A stretch of 61,859 nt of DNA, filler included, from an uncultured bacterium (GTDB lineage: Bacteria; CAYSBA01): the NCBI GenBank assembly GCA_964429075.1. It is 6 parts of 6 records of this genome, joined end to end, with 100 filler letters (N's around TTAATTAATTAA, not from the genome) between each part and the next. Parts side by side here need not be neighbours in the genome. Positions count along the whole stretch, not along the records: positions 20,890 to 31,226 come from CAYSBA010000020.1; positions 31,327 to 41,451 come from CAYSBA010000022.1; 4 more parts are not named here. One strand, 5' to 3'. The translations under genes were made by a program, and so were the position numbers. Shown here in pieces: positions 27,335 through 37,512 of this stretch (positions are counted from its first letter, which is position 1; each line of letters starts with the position of its first letter). The notes below the pieces were generated by a model. That model had not been told where the DNA came from and did not search any database. It worked only from the letters and a program-made list of their open reading frames with translations.

Positions 27335-28703
27335 CCAGACCCCTTTTTTTTATCTGAATCCTGTAGATCTTATAGGTCTCCATAATAGAATCAACATATT
27401 CTAAAACACTCATTCCATCAAAATAACCGAGCGAAAAGGCTGAGTAATATCTGTAGAGATTAAACTTCTTTATAGCATCTCTTACACAACCTGTCCAATC
27501 GGTTGTATCCCTGCCCATAATATAACAGAGGGCTCGAGCATCGTTTATATGTCCGGGCCCTGCATTGAATGCTGCAAGGGCAAAGCTTAGAGGGTCACGT
27601 GTATTTTTATAAAGATGTATAAGATATTTAAGGTATGCAACACCTGCAACTACATTTTTTAACACAGGATCTTTTAGATTGGGGGCGAATCTATTTAATG
27701 TTGTATCCATAAGCTGTAATAGTCCCTTTGCGCCCTTTGAGGACTCAACTTTTGGATTAAATCCTGATTCATGATAGGCAAGTGCTGCAATCAGAAGCCA
27801 GTCTATACCGTAGCCTCTTGCAACCCTTTTAAATAAACTATCGTAGGGAGATATCTTACCCGATTTCATACCGAACTTTCTGCCATAGTTTCTTGTTACA
27901 TATCTCTTTTCATCACGATAGTACCTGTTGTATAGTATCCTTATTAGACCATCTTTGTGTGATTTCCTGATAAATTCATCCACTTCTTTTTTTAATCTTA
28001 TTGCACCCTTTGAAAACAACCATACTCGCTTTATCTTGCCGATATGGGCACAGACCTCTATCTGAGGATATATGCGCCTATTCAAAAGAAACACATCCTC
28101 CTCCACAGATGCAGCATCAAACCTGCCATTCTTTATCTCAAGTAGAATCTCGTCTGTGGAGGGATATCCAGCAGCAACAGAGATCCCAATACCATATGTC
28201 TGCCTTGCATATTCTGCAAGATAGTAACCATAGATGGTATCAAGGTCAAAAAAGAAGAAAAAGGAATTATTACAGTCTCGTGAGACCATAACCGCATCTG
28301 TCTCGTTTATTGTGATACTTTTTAAAAGACCATTGGCAAGTGGACTATTTATTGTGGCTATACCGGCAACAATATCAACCTTTTTTTCTTTCAAAAGCTG
28401 TATTGCCCTTTTTCTATTGTTGACAATAATAATCTTTAATTTTAGCCTTCTATTCTTCGTAAAGTGTCTTAGAAGTTCATAGTCGAATCCTCTTTTATTA
28501 CCTCTGTATATAAACATTGTTGTTGCGCTGTTGGGGAGGGCTGCTAACAGTGTACCTTTTTTTATTGTATAGAATGATTTAGAACTTTCAGTAAAAGTAT
28601 GTTTAGCTTTTTTATTTGTGTTTATATTATCAGAATTAAAACAGCCAGTAAAAAGTGGCAGGATAAACAAAATTAGATAGATATTTTTTTTACCAGCTAT
28701 CAT
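27312..28703 (-). CDS. mltF: MltF-like lytic transglycosylase lipoprotein (SBP + SLT)
   Basis: Lipobox FTGC; GFDYELL substrate-binding domain; YHESGF, GAKGLLQL and AFNAGPGH SLT motifs. Confidence 0.82.
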   Translation of the reverse strand: MIAGKKNIYLILFILPLFTGCFNSDNINTNKKAKHTFTESSKSFYTIKKGTLLAALPNSATTMFIYRGNKRGFDYELLRHFTKNRRLKLKIIIVNNRKRAIQLLKEKKVDIVAGIATINSPLANGLLKSITINETDAVMVSRDCNNSFFFFFDLDTIYGYYLAEYARQTYGIGISVAAGYPSTDEILLEIKNGRFDAASVEEDVFLLNRRIYPQIEVCAHIGKIKRVWLFSKGAIRLKKEVDEFIRKSHKDGLIRILYNRYYRDEKRYVTRNYGRKFGMKSGKISPYDSLFKRVARGYGIDWLLIAALAYHESGFNPKVESSKGAKGLLQLMDTTLNRFAPNLKDPVLKNVVAGVAYLKYLIHLYKNTRDPLSFALAAFNAGPGHINDARALCYIMGRDTTDWTGCVRDAIKKFNLYRYYSAFSLGYFDGMSVLEYVDSIMETYKIYRIQIKKRGLDDLVTRD

Positions 28704-28709
28704 ATATAT

Positions 28710-28738
28710 ATGTTAAACCTTTTAACACCCAAGGTCAA
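28710..28738 (-). promoter_or_regulatory. Putative sigma70 promoter giving leaderless mltF mRNA
   Basis: TTGACC, 17 nt, TAACAT, 6 nt, ATG (28703); no SD. Confidence 0.6.
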
Positions 28739-28802
28739 ACAAAAGGGTGCCCGAATCCCAATGTGAATAATTTGAATATCAGGGCCTGCATTGGCCCTTG
28801 AT

Positions 28803-31028
28803 CTACTTTGGGCTTAAGTACGTAATACGCCCTGCTTCAATTAAGCTATCATGATCAATAATACATCCATCGAGACTCTTCCCATCTACCTCAATGGAAG
28901 GTATATCAATATTTTCATCAACAACTTTTGTGATTATAAGATCATGGTCTTTCAGGTGGAAAACAACTCTTCTTGCTACTGGTTCCACGATTATATAGTC
29001 TTTTGTTGCTGCAATCGGGTATAGTCCTGATATCGCAAAGACCAGCCAGGAAGAAAGGGTACCTCCATCATCATTCCCTGAAAGTCCGTCTGGAGTTGGT
29101 GCATATTTTTCTTCTATGATCTTTTTTGTCCAAAAAGAAGTAAGATCACATCGTCCTGCATATGCAAATAAAAAGGCACTATGGAGATCAGGTTCATTAC
29201 CATGCCAGTAATATGGATCGGGCATGTAATCTTCATCATCAACACCCTCTTTCTGGACAAGATCTGAATTTTCAAAAAAAGTAACTAGCTTATCAACAAA
29301 TATATCCTTTGTGCCAAAAAGTTCTATCAATCCATCTGGATCATAGGGGACATAGAATGTATACTGCCATGCATCACCCTCCACATAGTGTTTGCTAAAC
29401 TGGATAGGATCGAATGGATCGACCCAGCTACCATCAGACTTCTTCGGTCTTAGAAAAGCTGTCTCTTTATCCCATAGATTTTTGTAGTTTTCTGTCCTTT
29501 TTTGAAATTCAGAGGCTGTTTCATAATCTCCTGTGGCATCTGCAAGGGTTGCAATTGCAAAATCGTCATACTCAAATTCAAGGGTCTTTGAGACCGATCC
29601 ATCCATAAGGTCAGAGGGACAGTAACCGAATTGATTACAGACTACACCTTCTGCTCTTTTACCATGCTCATCATTGGCTGTTTTGATCATAAACTTAAGG
29701 GCCTCTTTTGCATCAAAGTCTTTGATACCCTTTATGTATGAATCTGCAATGACTATATCGGCACTTGTACCAACCATACTCCCTGAGTCTCCAAGGGCAG
29801 CAGGCCATTTTGGTAATTCACCGGTCTGCTCTGCCATTCTGATAAGTGATATGATCATATCAAGCTGAAATTCTGGATATAAAATTACATACAGGGGATG
29901 AAGGGTCCTGAAGGTGTCCCACAGTGACATATCTGTGTAAAAGTGATGACCAGCAATATTGTGTACTCTTCCATCAAAACCCATATACTCATCACCGGAT
30001 TCTGTAATATCTGTTGGCATTGATAGTGCTCTGTAAAGAGAGGTATAAAACATTGACTTTGTTGATTCATCTGAGTCGATATCTATACGTGATAAAAGAG
30101 TTTCCCACCTGCTCTTTGTGGACTCTAAAATATCCTCAATCTCTTTATCTTCAATTTCACTCTGATAGTGCCTTTTCGCATGATTTAAATCGATATACGA
30201 AATACAGATCTTTTCAGTTACACTCCCATTATCAAATCTTGCAATAACTCCAGTCTTGTCTCCTTCTACATGTTTCTTTTCTACATATTTGTTGTCTTCT
30301 ATTGCTGAAAGATCCACCGGTTTTCTATCAAAGTCAACAAAAAAATAGAGTGTATAGCCTGAGTCGGTCATTGGTCCTTTATGTTTGAGCCATCCTGAAA
30401 GAGAGCCTTTGAATATATCCACGTAAGTATCGACAACATCATCAGGATGCACAGAAGAACTTACATCAAGAAGTATATAAAGGTTTCCCTTTTTCTTATT
30501 TGTAAACCTTTCAATCCCACAATGTGCTGTTGCAGCAAGTTCTACCTCTATTTGATTGTCCTGCAGAACCCTGTAATAGCCAACCTGGGCAACTTCATTT
30601 TTATGTTCAAAGGTAGTTGTATGGGATGAATTGTTTAGTGGATTTTTCTCAGGCAACGTTGTAAGTGCACTTACTCTCAAGTTGCCATAATCAGGAACTC
30701 CGGTCCCACTTAAGTGGTTTATGGAATACCCTCTGATCTCATCGTCCTTATACCAGTAACCACCACAGTGGGAAAAACCAGGAGCCCCACCATTCTGTGA
30801 TGTATCTGGGCCCAGCTTTACCATACCAAATGGCACAAGGGGTCCGGGCAGAACACTACCAACACCAAAACCAAGACCACCGGTTCCCATCAGGGGATTT
30901 ACATAATCAACTACACTGGATGGTTTTTTGGCTTCATCTCTTTGTCTTTTACATCCATAAATTGTCATAACAACAAACACAGATATCAGTAACAAAAGAA
31001 AAATATAATATCTTAAGGATCTATTCAT
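28803..31028 (-). CDS. GH92 family glycoside hydrolase (alpha-mannosidase-like) lipoprotein
   Basis: YVNPLMGT, PFGMVKLGPDT, HLSGTG, SLWDTFR, HGNEP and GNDDGGTLSSW motifs; lipobox IYGC. Confidence 0.93.
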   Translation of the reverse strand: MNRSLRYYIFLLLLISVFVVMTIYGCKRQRDEAKKPSSVVDYVNPLMGTGGLGFGVGSVLPGPLVPFGMVKLGPDTSQNGGAPGFSHCGGYWYKDDEIRGYSINHLSGTGVPDYGNLRVSALTTLPEKNPLNNSSHTTTFEHKNEVAQVGYYRVLQDNQIEVELAATAHCGIERFTNKKKGNLYILLDVSSSVHPDDVVDTYVDIFKGSLSGWLKHKGPMTDSGYTLYFFVDFDRKPVDLSAIEDNKYVEKKHVEGDKTGVIARFDNGSVTEKICISYIDLNHAKRHYQSEIEDKEIEDILESTKSRWETLLSRIDIDSDESTKSMFYTSLYRALSMPTDITESGDEYMGFDGRVHNIAGHHFYTDMSLWDTFRTLHPLYVILYPEFQLDMIISLIRMAEQTGELPKWPAALGDSGSMVGTSADIVIADSYIKGIKDFDAKEALKFMIKTANDEHGKRAEGVVCNQFGYCPSDLMDGSVSKTLEFEYDDFAIATLADATGDYETASEFQKRTENYKNLWDKETAFLRPKKSDGSWVDPFDPIQFSKHYVEGDAWQYTFYVPYDPDGLIELFGTKDIFVDKLVTFFENSDLVQKEGVDDEDYMPDPYYWHGNEPDLHSAFLFAYAGRCDLTSFWTKKIIEEKYAPTPDGLSGNDDGGTLSSWLVFAISGLYPIAATKDYIIVEPVARRVVFHLKDHDLIITKVVDENIDIPSIEVDGKSLDGCIIDHDSLIEAGRITYLSPK

Positions 31029-31096
31029 AGATCACAAATAGCACAGTATAATGCTACCTACAAGAAATGATGATAAAATATATTTAGCAGTTAAGC

Positions 31097-31226
31097 TTAA
31101 ATCCTATTTGGTATAATACCTGCCAGTACAAACGAGAGTGCAAGAAAGATTGAAAGTACAACAATAATTGCGGGTCCTGATGGTATGTTGAGGAGATATG
31201 AACCAAAAATACCAAGCAGTGAAGAA
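31097..31226 (-). CDS. Metal ABC transporter permease (ZnuB/MntB type), C-terminal fragment; not in ORF track
   Basis: Minus strand translates SSLLGIFGSYLLNIPSGPAIIVVLSIFLALSFVLAGIIPNRI*, the typical SY..N.PSG.AI ending of ABC-3 permeases. Confidence 0.75.
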
Positions 31227-31326
31227 NNNNNNNNNNNNNNNNNNNNNNNNNNNNNNNNNNNNNNNNNNNNTTAATTAATTAANNNNNNNNNNNNNNNNNN
31301 NNNNNNNNNNNNNNNNNNNNNNNNNN
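31227..31326. other. Artificial contig linker
   Basis: N run, TTAATTAATTAA, N run. Confidence 0.99.
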
Positions 31327-31508
31327 GTAATGAAATATCCAAGAATTGGTATATTTAAATAAAAGGGTATGGTTTTTTTACAGTTAGGACAAAAAGACCT
31401 GGGTTTTATTATTGAAAGATTGCGAGGTATCCTGTAGATACATACATTGAGAAAGCTACCCACAATGCTTCCAAACATAAAGGCAGATATTGCAAAAATA
31501 GTCTCCAT
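31327..31508 (-). CDS. pilD: Prepilin peptidase (N-terminal fragment)
   Basis: GSFLNVCIYRIP...PRSFCPNC...NIPILGY motif. Confidence 0.93.
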
Positions 31509-31544
31509 AATTTAACCTGTAAGCATACCAGAAGGTGATCTAAA

Positions 31545-33935
31545 TTGAAAGTCCCGGATTACAGATTAATTGACGTTGCAGTTGCAATACCTGACCAGAG
31601 GCTATTGACCTACAAAATACCTGATGAATTGATAGGTACTGCTGGTCCTGGCAGTATAGTTTTTGTCCCTATCAGGAATAGAATGGAGGTGGGGATCGCG
31701 ATTGACTACGCAAAAGAAGACAAAAAGGATATTGTGTATAAACCGATCGTAGCTGTACTCGAAGATGATCTGATCCTTTCGAATGGATACCTCAAATTTA
31801 TAATGGCAGCTGCATCATTCTATAGTGTTGAGCCAGGCGGGCTTGTCAGGACACTGTTGCCATCTCTTTTAAGAAACTGGATTAAAAGAAAACTCAGCTT
31901 GACAGAAAAAAAGGGGCTTAAAGAATATGATTGCAAGCTATATAATCTTTTAAAGAGTGGTCCAAAAAGGCTCTCTTTTCTTACAAAAAAAAAGATAAGC
32001 TATCATAGGCTGAGGCGTGCAATAAAGGAGGGTTATGTAGAGTGGACGGCTAAAGATCCCTTTGACATTCGAAAAAGGGGACGAGAAGAGTGGATAGAGC
32101 TTGTTGATGTTGGAGCTGCCAGGGAGGTCTTTAGTGCCGGAAAGTTAGGTAAAAATCAAGAAAAGGTCCTTGAAAGAATTATAACTGAAGGTCCAATACC
32201 AAAAAGGATCCTTTTGAAGGAGTTTGGAGACTCCGTTAACAGACTGTTAAAGAGATATCCTAATCTCTTTACCCTCTCTTTCAGGGATATTGAATCCGAT
32301 TTTGAAGGTGTAGGGACATATAGAGAGATAGAGTTGAATGAAGAACAAAGAGAGACAATCGATACTGTAAAAAAATCAAAAAAGGGCAGTAGTTTTCTTT
32401 TGTGGGGACTCACAGGTTCAGGAAAGACAGAGATCTATCTCAGACTGATAAAACATGCTGTTGAAAAAGGAAAAGGTGCTATATATGTCCTGCCAGAGAT
32501 AGGGCTTACTCCACAGGTCATTACAAAGCTAAGGTCTTTTTTGAAAGGTATTGAGGTTGGACTTTACCACTCAGAGCTTTCTGAGGTGGACCGATTGAAC
32601 TGCTTCAGGAGGGTGATAAAGGGTGAATTAAAGGTGGTGGTTGGTGCCCGTTCAAGTGTGTTTCTACCCATGAAAGAAATAGGTCTTATCATCATAGATG
32701 AAGAACATGACGATTCACATAAGAATGAAAATCCACCCTTTTATAACGCAAGAGAGATAGCACTCATGCGTGCAAGGCATGAAGAAATAAAGGTTATCCT
32801 TGGTTCAGGCACACCCTCACTGGAGATGTATTATAATGCCATTGAAGGAAAGTTAAACCGGATAACACTAAAAGAGAGGCCGGCCCTTAAGAGCAATCCA
32901 AAAGTCAAGATAGTCGATTTAAAAGAACATTCCAGCGATAGCTGGACAGATTTTAACCCCTTACTTACAGATCCCCTTGTCTATAACATCAAAAAAACCA
33001 TCCAAAGAGGCATGCAGGTTATGCTCCTTTTAAACAGACGCGCCTTTTCAAAGGTTATGGTTTGCCACAGCTGTGGAAATCCAGTTGAATGTCAGGACTG
33101 TGGTGTATCTATGAGTTTCCATCTTGCAACAAACACCCTTAGGTGTCACTTCTGTGGCAGAACTGTTCATCTTGAAATAAGTTGTCCTTTTTGTGGTGGC
33201 AAAGACTTTCATCTCTATGGGGAGGGAACACAAAAGATAGAGCAGGACCTTGCAGACATATTCCCTGAAAATAGGATTGCAAGGATGGATAGTGATGCCA
33301 TAAGTAGCAGGAAGAATCTGATAGATATCCTTGATAGATTTGATAAAGGCAGGATTGATATCCTTGTAGGGACAAAGATGATCACAAAGGGGCATGACTT
33401 CCCTAATGTAGGATGTATTGGTGTACTCGATGCCGATCAGGGACTTGATCTACCTGATTTCAGGGCTTCAGAGAGACTATTTCAAACATTGATTCAGATT
33501 AAAGGACGGTTGATGCGGTCAAAAGACAAAGCAACCATGATACTCCAGACAACAAGACCGGAAAACTGGGTAATAAGAACAGCAGTTGCGGAGGATTACG
33601 AAGGATTTTATAGAAGGGAGCTTGCGAGCCGTAAAAATTTTGGTTATCCACCCTTTATGAAGCTTGGAGTTGTATGGTTCGAACATCCCAAAATGGAAAT
33701 TGCCAAATCTGAGGCACAATATATCAAAGACCTGCTCATTTCTGAAAAACAGGATGATTTAAACATACTTGGAGGTTGTCCAGCACCCTTTAACAGAATA
33801 AGGGGTAACTATAGATACCTTGTACTCTTAAAGTCAAGGAAGTACTCCCCCATACTTAGAGTCTTTAGTAGATTAAAGAGGTTTAGATTTAATTGCAGAA
33901 TCTTACTAGAGATAAACCCACAGAGTCTTCTATGA
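31545..33935 (+). CDS. priA: Primosomal protein N'
   Basis: GLTGSGKTE, PEIGLTPQ, DEEHD, SGTPS, 8-Cys zinc region and KGHDFP motifs. Confidence 0.96.
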   Translation: MKVPDYRLIDVAVAIPDQRLLTYKIPDELIGTAGPGSIVFVPIRNRMEVGIAIDYAKEDKKDIVYKPIVAVLEDDLILSNGYLKFIMAAASFYSVEPGGLVRTLLPSLLRNWIKRKLSLTEKKGLKEYDCKLYNLLKSGPKRLSFLTKKKISYHRLRRAIKEGYVEWTAKDPFDIRKRGREEWIELVDVGAAREVFSAGKLGKNQEKVLERIITEGPIPKRILLKEFGDSVNRLLKRYPNLFTLSFRDIESDFEGVGTYREIELNEEQRETIDTVKKSKKGSSFLLWGLTGSGKTEIYLRLIKHAVEKGKGAIYVLPEIGLTPQVITKLRSFLKGIEVGLYHSELSEVDRLNCFRRVIKGELKVVVGARSSVFLPMKEIGLIIIDEEHDDSHKNENPPFYNAREIALMRARHEEIKVILGSGTPSLEMYYNAIEGKLNRITLKERPALKSNPKVKIVDLKEHSSDSWTDFNPLLTDPLVYNIKKTIQRGMQVMLLLNRRAFSKVMVCHSCGNPVECQDCGVSMSFHLATNTLRCHFCGRTVHLEISCPFCGGKDFHLYGEGTQKIEQDLADIFPENRIARMDSDAISSRKNLIDILDRFDKGRIDILVGTKMITKGHDFPNVGCIGVLDADQGLDLPDFRASERLFQTLIQIKGRLMRSKDKATMILQTTRPENWVIRTAVAEDYEGFYRRELASRKNFGYPPFMKLGVVWFEHPKMEIAKSEAQYIKDLLISEKQDDLNILGGCPAPFNRIRGNYRYLVLLKSRKYSPILRVFSRLKRFRFNCRILLEINPQSLL

Positions 33936-33998
33936 TGGTTACAATCAAAAGGGATAAACAATTCTGAGTCTTGCAATAATAAACTAACTATATTACCA

Positions 33999-35678
33999 TT
34001 GGAAAAGGTGGAAGAGATCAAGGATAAATCAAAAGACCCCAACATTGGCAGACTCCTCGCTGGCGAGAAGTTCAGGATAATTTCGAGGATCGGTGTTGGC
34101 GGCATGGGGAAGGTCTACAAGGCAATACAACTAAATCTCGACAAAGTGGTCTGTATTAAGATCCTCTCAGAAAGATTCAAAAACGATAAAAGAGCTATCA
34201 ATAGATTTAAAAAAGAGGCAAAATCAGCCAGCAAACTATCCCATCCAAATATAGTCACTACTATAGATTTTGGTCAGGAGGATGATGGAACACTCTACAT
34301 TGTAATGGAATATGTTGAGGGGATCACCCTGGATAAGCTGATCAAACAGAAGGGCCCTTTTTCACAAAAAAGGGCTATCAGGTTGATCAAACAGGTATTA
34401 ACCGGAATATACCACGCCCACAAACAGGGGATAATCCATAGGGACCTGAAACCAGAAAATATAATTGTAAAAAGGGATGAAACAGGGATGGAATTTGCAA
34501 AGGTGATGGACTTTGGAATAGCCACTATAAAGGGCTCAAAAGAGGATATGAAAAAGGGTTATTTTGTTGGCACTCCAAACTATATTGCACCCGAACAGGC
34601 CCTTGGTCTTGAGGTGGATGAAAGGGCTGATCTCTATTCAATCGGTATTATACTATATCAGATGTTAACAGGTGAACTCCCCTATTCATCTACTACTATC
34701 AAAGATATTCTGTTAGAGAAGATCAAAAAGGATCCCATAACGGTAGAGGCAATAAGGGAAAATATTAATATCTGCGAACCCCTGCAGGAAATCCTGATTA
34801 AGCTCCTCAAACGTAACCGAAGTGAACGCTACTCCTCTGCCCTTGAGGTGGTTGAGGCATTTGATAGGGTACTTGAATTTTTAAATTCTGCCACTCAGCA
34901 GAGGATAGTTGCACAGAAAAAGAGACAAAAGGGTGAGGAATTGAGCCTCAAAGACTATCCGGTAGCATATATTCTTGGAAGGATGTATGACAAAAAGTTT
35001 ACAGGCACCCTCCAGATTAAATCTGCTGGAGATTCGGGTGAGGGAGATGTATACCGTATTTCTATATTTGAAGGGATACCATACAAGGTGTTATCGACCG
35101 GTCAACCGTACCTTCTTGGGCAGATAATCTACGAAAAGGGCTGGATCAATGCAATTACCTACAACAAGGCACTTGTAGAGATTACCAAAGAGAAGATGGA
35201 ACTTGGAGAGTATCTGGTAAACCACGGCCTGATTACAAAACAACAATTAAACAGCGCATTAAAACTACAGCTGATAAGGAGGATAACCAGGATAATGAAT
35301 CTAACAGATGGTACATTTAAACTCACACCCGATGAAAAGAAAAAAAATCCAACGCTTCAGATAAATATAGACCCTGTACGTGTTATTATAGATGCAATGC
35401 TGAGTTCATACGATACAAAAAAGATAAAGGATTCGATGTTGATGCTAAAAGATAAGATATTTACGATAGATCCTTCTGTAGATTGCTGCAGTAAAATTTG
35501 CAACATCTTTAAAAGAGAGGGGGCAAGCGGTGTCTGTGAGACCATAAAAGGGAAGGAAAAAACCCTAAAAGATATGATTCCAATCCTGAAATCACTTGAG
35601 CTAATCGACTCTATAAATTTTATAGCCCTTTACTTTTTTAACCTTATGAGCGTAAAAAACAAAAAGGATGCAAAATAG
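33999..35678 (+). CDS. Hanks-type Ser/Thr kinase with C-terminal DUF4388/PATAN-like domain
   Basis: IGVGGMGKVY, HRDLKPEN, DFG and GTPNYIAPEQ kinase motifs; C-terminal TGTLQI...LGQII..GWI...LGEYLV..GLIT. No TM segment. The start may be GTG 34008. Confidence 0.9.
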   Translation: MEKVEEIKDKSKDPNIGRLLAGEKFRIISRIGVGGMGKVYKAIQLNLDKVVCIKILSERFKNDKRAINRFKKEAKSASKLSHPNIVTTIDFGQEDDGTLYIVMEYVEGITLDKLIKQKGPFSQKRAIRLIKQVLTGIYHAHKQGIIHRDLKPENIIVKRDETGMEFAKVMDFGIATIKGSKEDMKKGYFVGTPNYIAPEQALGLEVDERADLYSIGIILYQMLTGELPYSSTTIKDILLEKIKKDPITVEAIRENINICEPLQEILIKLLKRNRSERYSSALEVVEAFDRVLEFLNSATQQRIVAQKKRQKGEELSLKDYPVAYILGRMYDKKFTGTLQIKSAGDSGEGDVYRISIFEGIPYKVLSTGQPYLLGQIIYEKGWINAITYNKALVEITKEKMELGEYLVNHGLITKQQLNSALKLQLIRRITRIMNLTDGTFKLTPDEKKKNPTLQINIDPVRVIIDAMLSSYDTKKIKDSMLMLKDKIFTIDPSVDCCSKICNIFKREGASGVCETIKGKEKTLKDMIPILKSLELIDSINFIALYFFNLMSVKNKKDAK

Positions 35679-35693
35679 AATTGGGAGGAGAAC

Positions 35694-36899
35694 ATGAGAC
35701 CACTCTCGTTTACAAAAACTCAAAAGGGTAAAGATACGACAAAAAACAACGATCTTGTTTACACAGATGATAGTCTTGGTATCTATATGCTGGCAGATGG
35801 AATGGGGCCTGATCTTGATGGTGCAATGGCATCAACGATGATAGTTGAATCCTTTAAAAACTTTATAACAAACCAGCGTGAGACTGTAGTCAGGCTATTT
35901 AACGAAAAGGATTATCAACAGATCAGCCTCCTTTTAAAGAATGAGATGTACCAGACAAGTGTACAACTATATACAACCTCTATGGAAGAAAAAAAAGATT
36001 TGCGTGTACAGTTTGTATGTCTATTGCAACACAACATGGATGGTTTGATATTCTTTTGTGGCAATGTGGGCATAAATCTAATACGTGAACAGAAGGTATA
36101 TCCGCTTATTACAGATGAAAACAGAGATACTGTGGGTATTCTTGGTTCACCAAGTTCTCCTCAGGTCGGCAGTATGAAGGTAGATCTCTTCCCGAATGAT
36201 GTACTTGTCCTGTTCTCCGATGGTCTTATGGATATCATTAACTCCAGACAGGATGTCCTTTCTGATATCGCATATAACCCTCGCAGATCCCTTGATGCCC
36301 TCTTTTCCACCCCATCAAAGGATAATGCTACATGTCTTGTGCTCCAATTCCCATCTCTGTCTGGAAAAGAAGACAGGATAGCCAAAAGAAAACACCGCGA
36401 ATACAGTGTGGTTCAATCAATTCCAATCTTCAAATCCCTTACAATGTCTGAGTTAAATGTGGTAATGTCTATTGTAACAGAAGCAAAGTTTAAGGATGGA
36501 GAAACACTGGTTAAGGAGGGAGATAAATCCAACGGTCTTTTTGTAATTGTTAGTGGAGAGTGTGAGATAATTGTAGGGAATAAAAAGGTAGCAACGGTAA
36601 AACAGGGTACATACATTGGTGAAGTGTCCTGGATTGATGGTGCACCAAGATCTGCCACTGTACGTGCTAAGGGCGATGTAGAGGTCCTCTTTTTTGAAAG
36701 AAAAGGTCTTCTTAAGGCAATGTCAAAAAACCCTGGCCTTGCTGTTAAGATCCTCGGTACAATTGCGCAGATACTTGCAAAACGTCTGAGGGTAACAAAT
36801 GCAAAGCTAAACAAGCTTATAGACAAATATAAAGAGGTAAAGTCTGCCCTCAAGGAGTATGAGGATTTAGAGATAGTTGAGGTTGTAAAGCCCGAATAA
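35694..36899 (+). CDS. PP2C-family phosphatase fused to cyclic-nucleotide-binding domain
   Basis: LADGMG, LFSDGL and DNAT phosphatase motifs; cNMP cassette GEVSWIDGAPRSATV. Confidence 0.88.
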   Translation: MRPLSFTKTQKGKDTTKNNDLVYTDDSLGIYMLADGMGPDLDGAMASTMIVESFKNFITNQRETVVRLFNEKDYQQISLLLKNEMYQTSVQLYTTSMEEKKDLRVQFVCLLQHNMDGLIFFCGNVGINLIREQKVYPLITDENRDTVGILGSPSSPQVGSMKVDLFPNDVLVLFSDGLMDIINSRQDVLSDIAYNPRRSLDALFSTPSKDNATCLVLQFPSLSGKEDRIAKRKHREYSVVQSIPIFKSLTMSELNVVMSIVTEAKFKDGETLVKEGDKSNGLFVIVSGECEIIVGNKKVATVKQGTYIGEVSWIDGAPRSATVRAKGDVEVLFFERKGLLKAMSKNPGLAVKILGTIAQILAKRLRVTNAKLNKLIDKYKEVKSALKEYEDLEIVEVVKPE

Positions 36900-36919
36900 C
36901 AGTCAAAAAAGGAGCCAAT

Positions 36920-37510
36920 ATGAATATCGAAGAATTACTTGCCCTTGCCCAGCACGAAAAACAGAAGTTTGGAAGGAGCATTGACACCCAGATATACAGG
37001 ACCAAAAAGGGAATACTTACTATATGCAGAATGCACGACTATTATCACGATATGGAACTATGTATGTTAATCGATGAAAAAGAGCTTATTTTAAAAGAGA
37101 TAGAAGGCAGGATGGTCAGAATACCATATCCAACCTGTCAACTCGCACTGAAGACTCTTTCCCGTGTAAAGGGTGAGAGGTTGATGCAAAAGGGAATACT
37201 CAGATTATTGAAAAAAAAGATTGGAAAAGAGGAGGGCTGTACCCACTTTTTTGAGATGATAGAGTCCACTTTGAGGGCCCTTTTTACAGAATTCTTTGAT
37301 GATCGGTGGAAGGAGTACAGTAAGAGACTATCTCAGGAGGAAAGACATCAGATGGGTATTCGTCATCCCCTGCTGAGAAACACCTGTATAACATTTAATG
37401 AACGCTTTGAAGATGAGAAGATATTTAACAGTGGGTATAGTAAGATCAAAGATCTGATTGAAAAAGAGAAAAAGGGTACTGGTGATAGTAACCTCACAGA
37501 AAACAACTGA
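36920..37510 (+). CDS. DUF2889-like hypothetical protein
   Basis: D..HDM, PYPTC, GCTHFFEM and NTC pattern recalled for DUF2889. Confidence 0.6.
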   Translation: MNIEELLALAQHEKQKFGRSIDTQIYRTKKGILTICRMHDYYHDMELCMLIDEKELILKEIEGRMVRIPYPTCQLALKTLSRVKGERLMQKGILRLLKKKIGKEEGCTHFFEMIESTLRALFTEFFDDRWKEYSKRLSQEERHQMGIRHPLLRNTCITFNERFEDEKIFNSGYSKIKDLIEKEKKGTGDSNLTENN

Positions 37511-37512
37511 TA

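Noticed and set aside
28245..28275. Five-Phe run (A-rich tract) in mltF as a phase-variation site
   Set aside because: The tract is interrupted, the frame is intact, and similar runs are common in this AT-rich genome.
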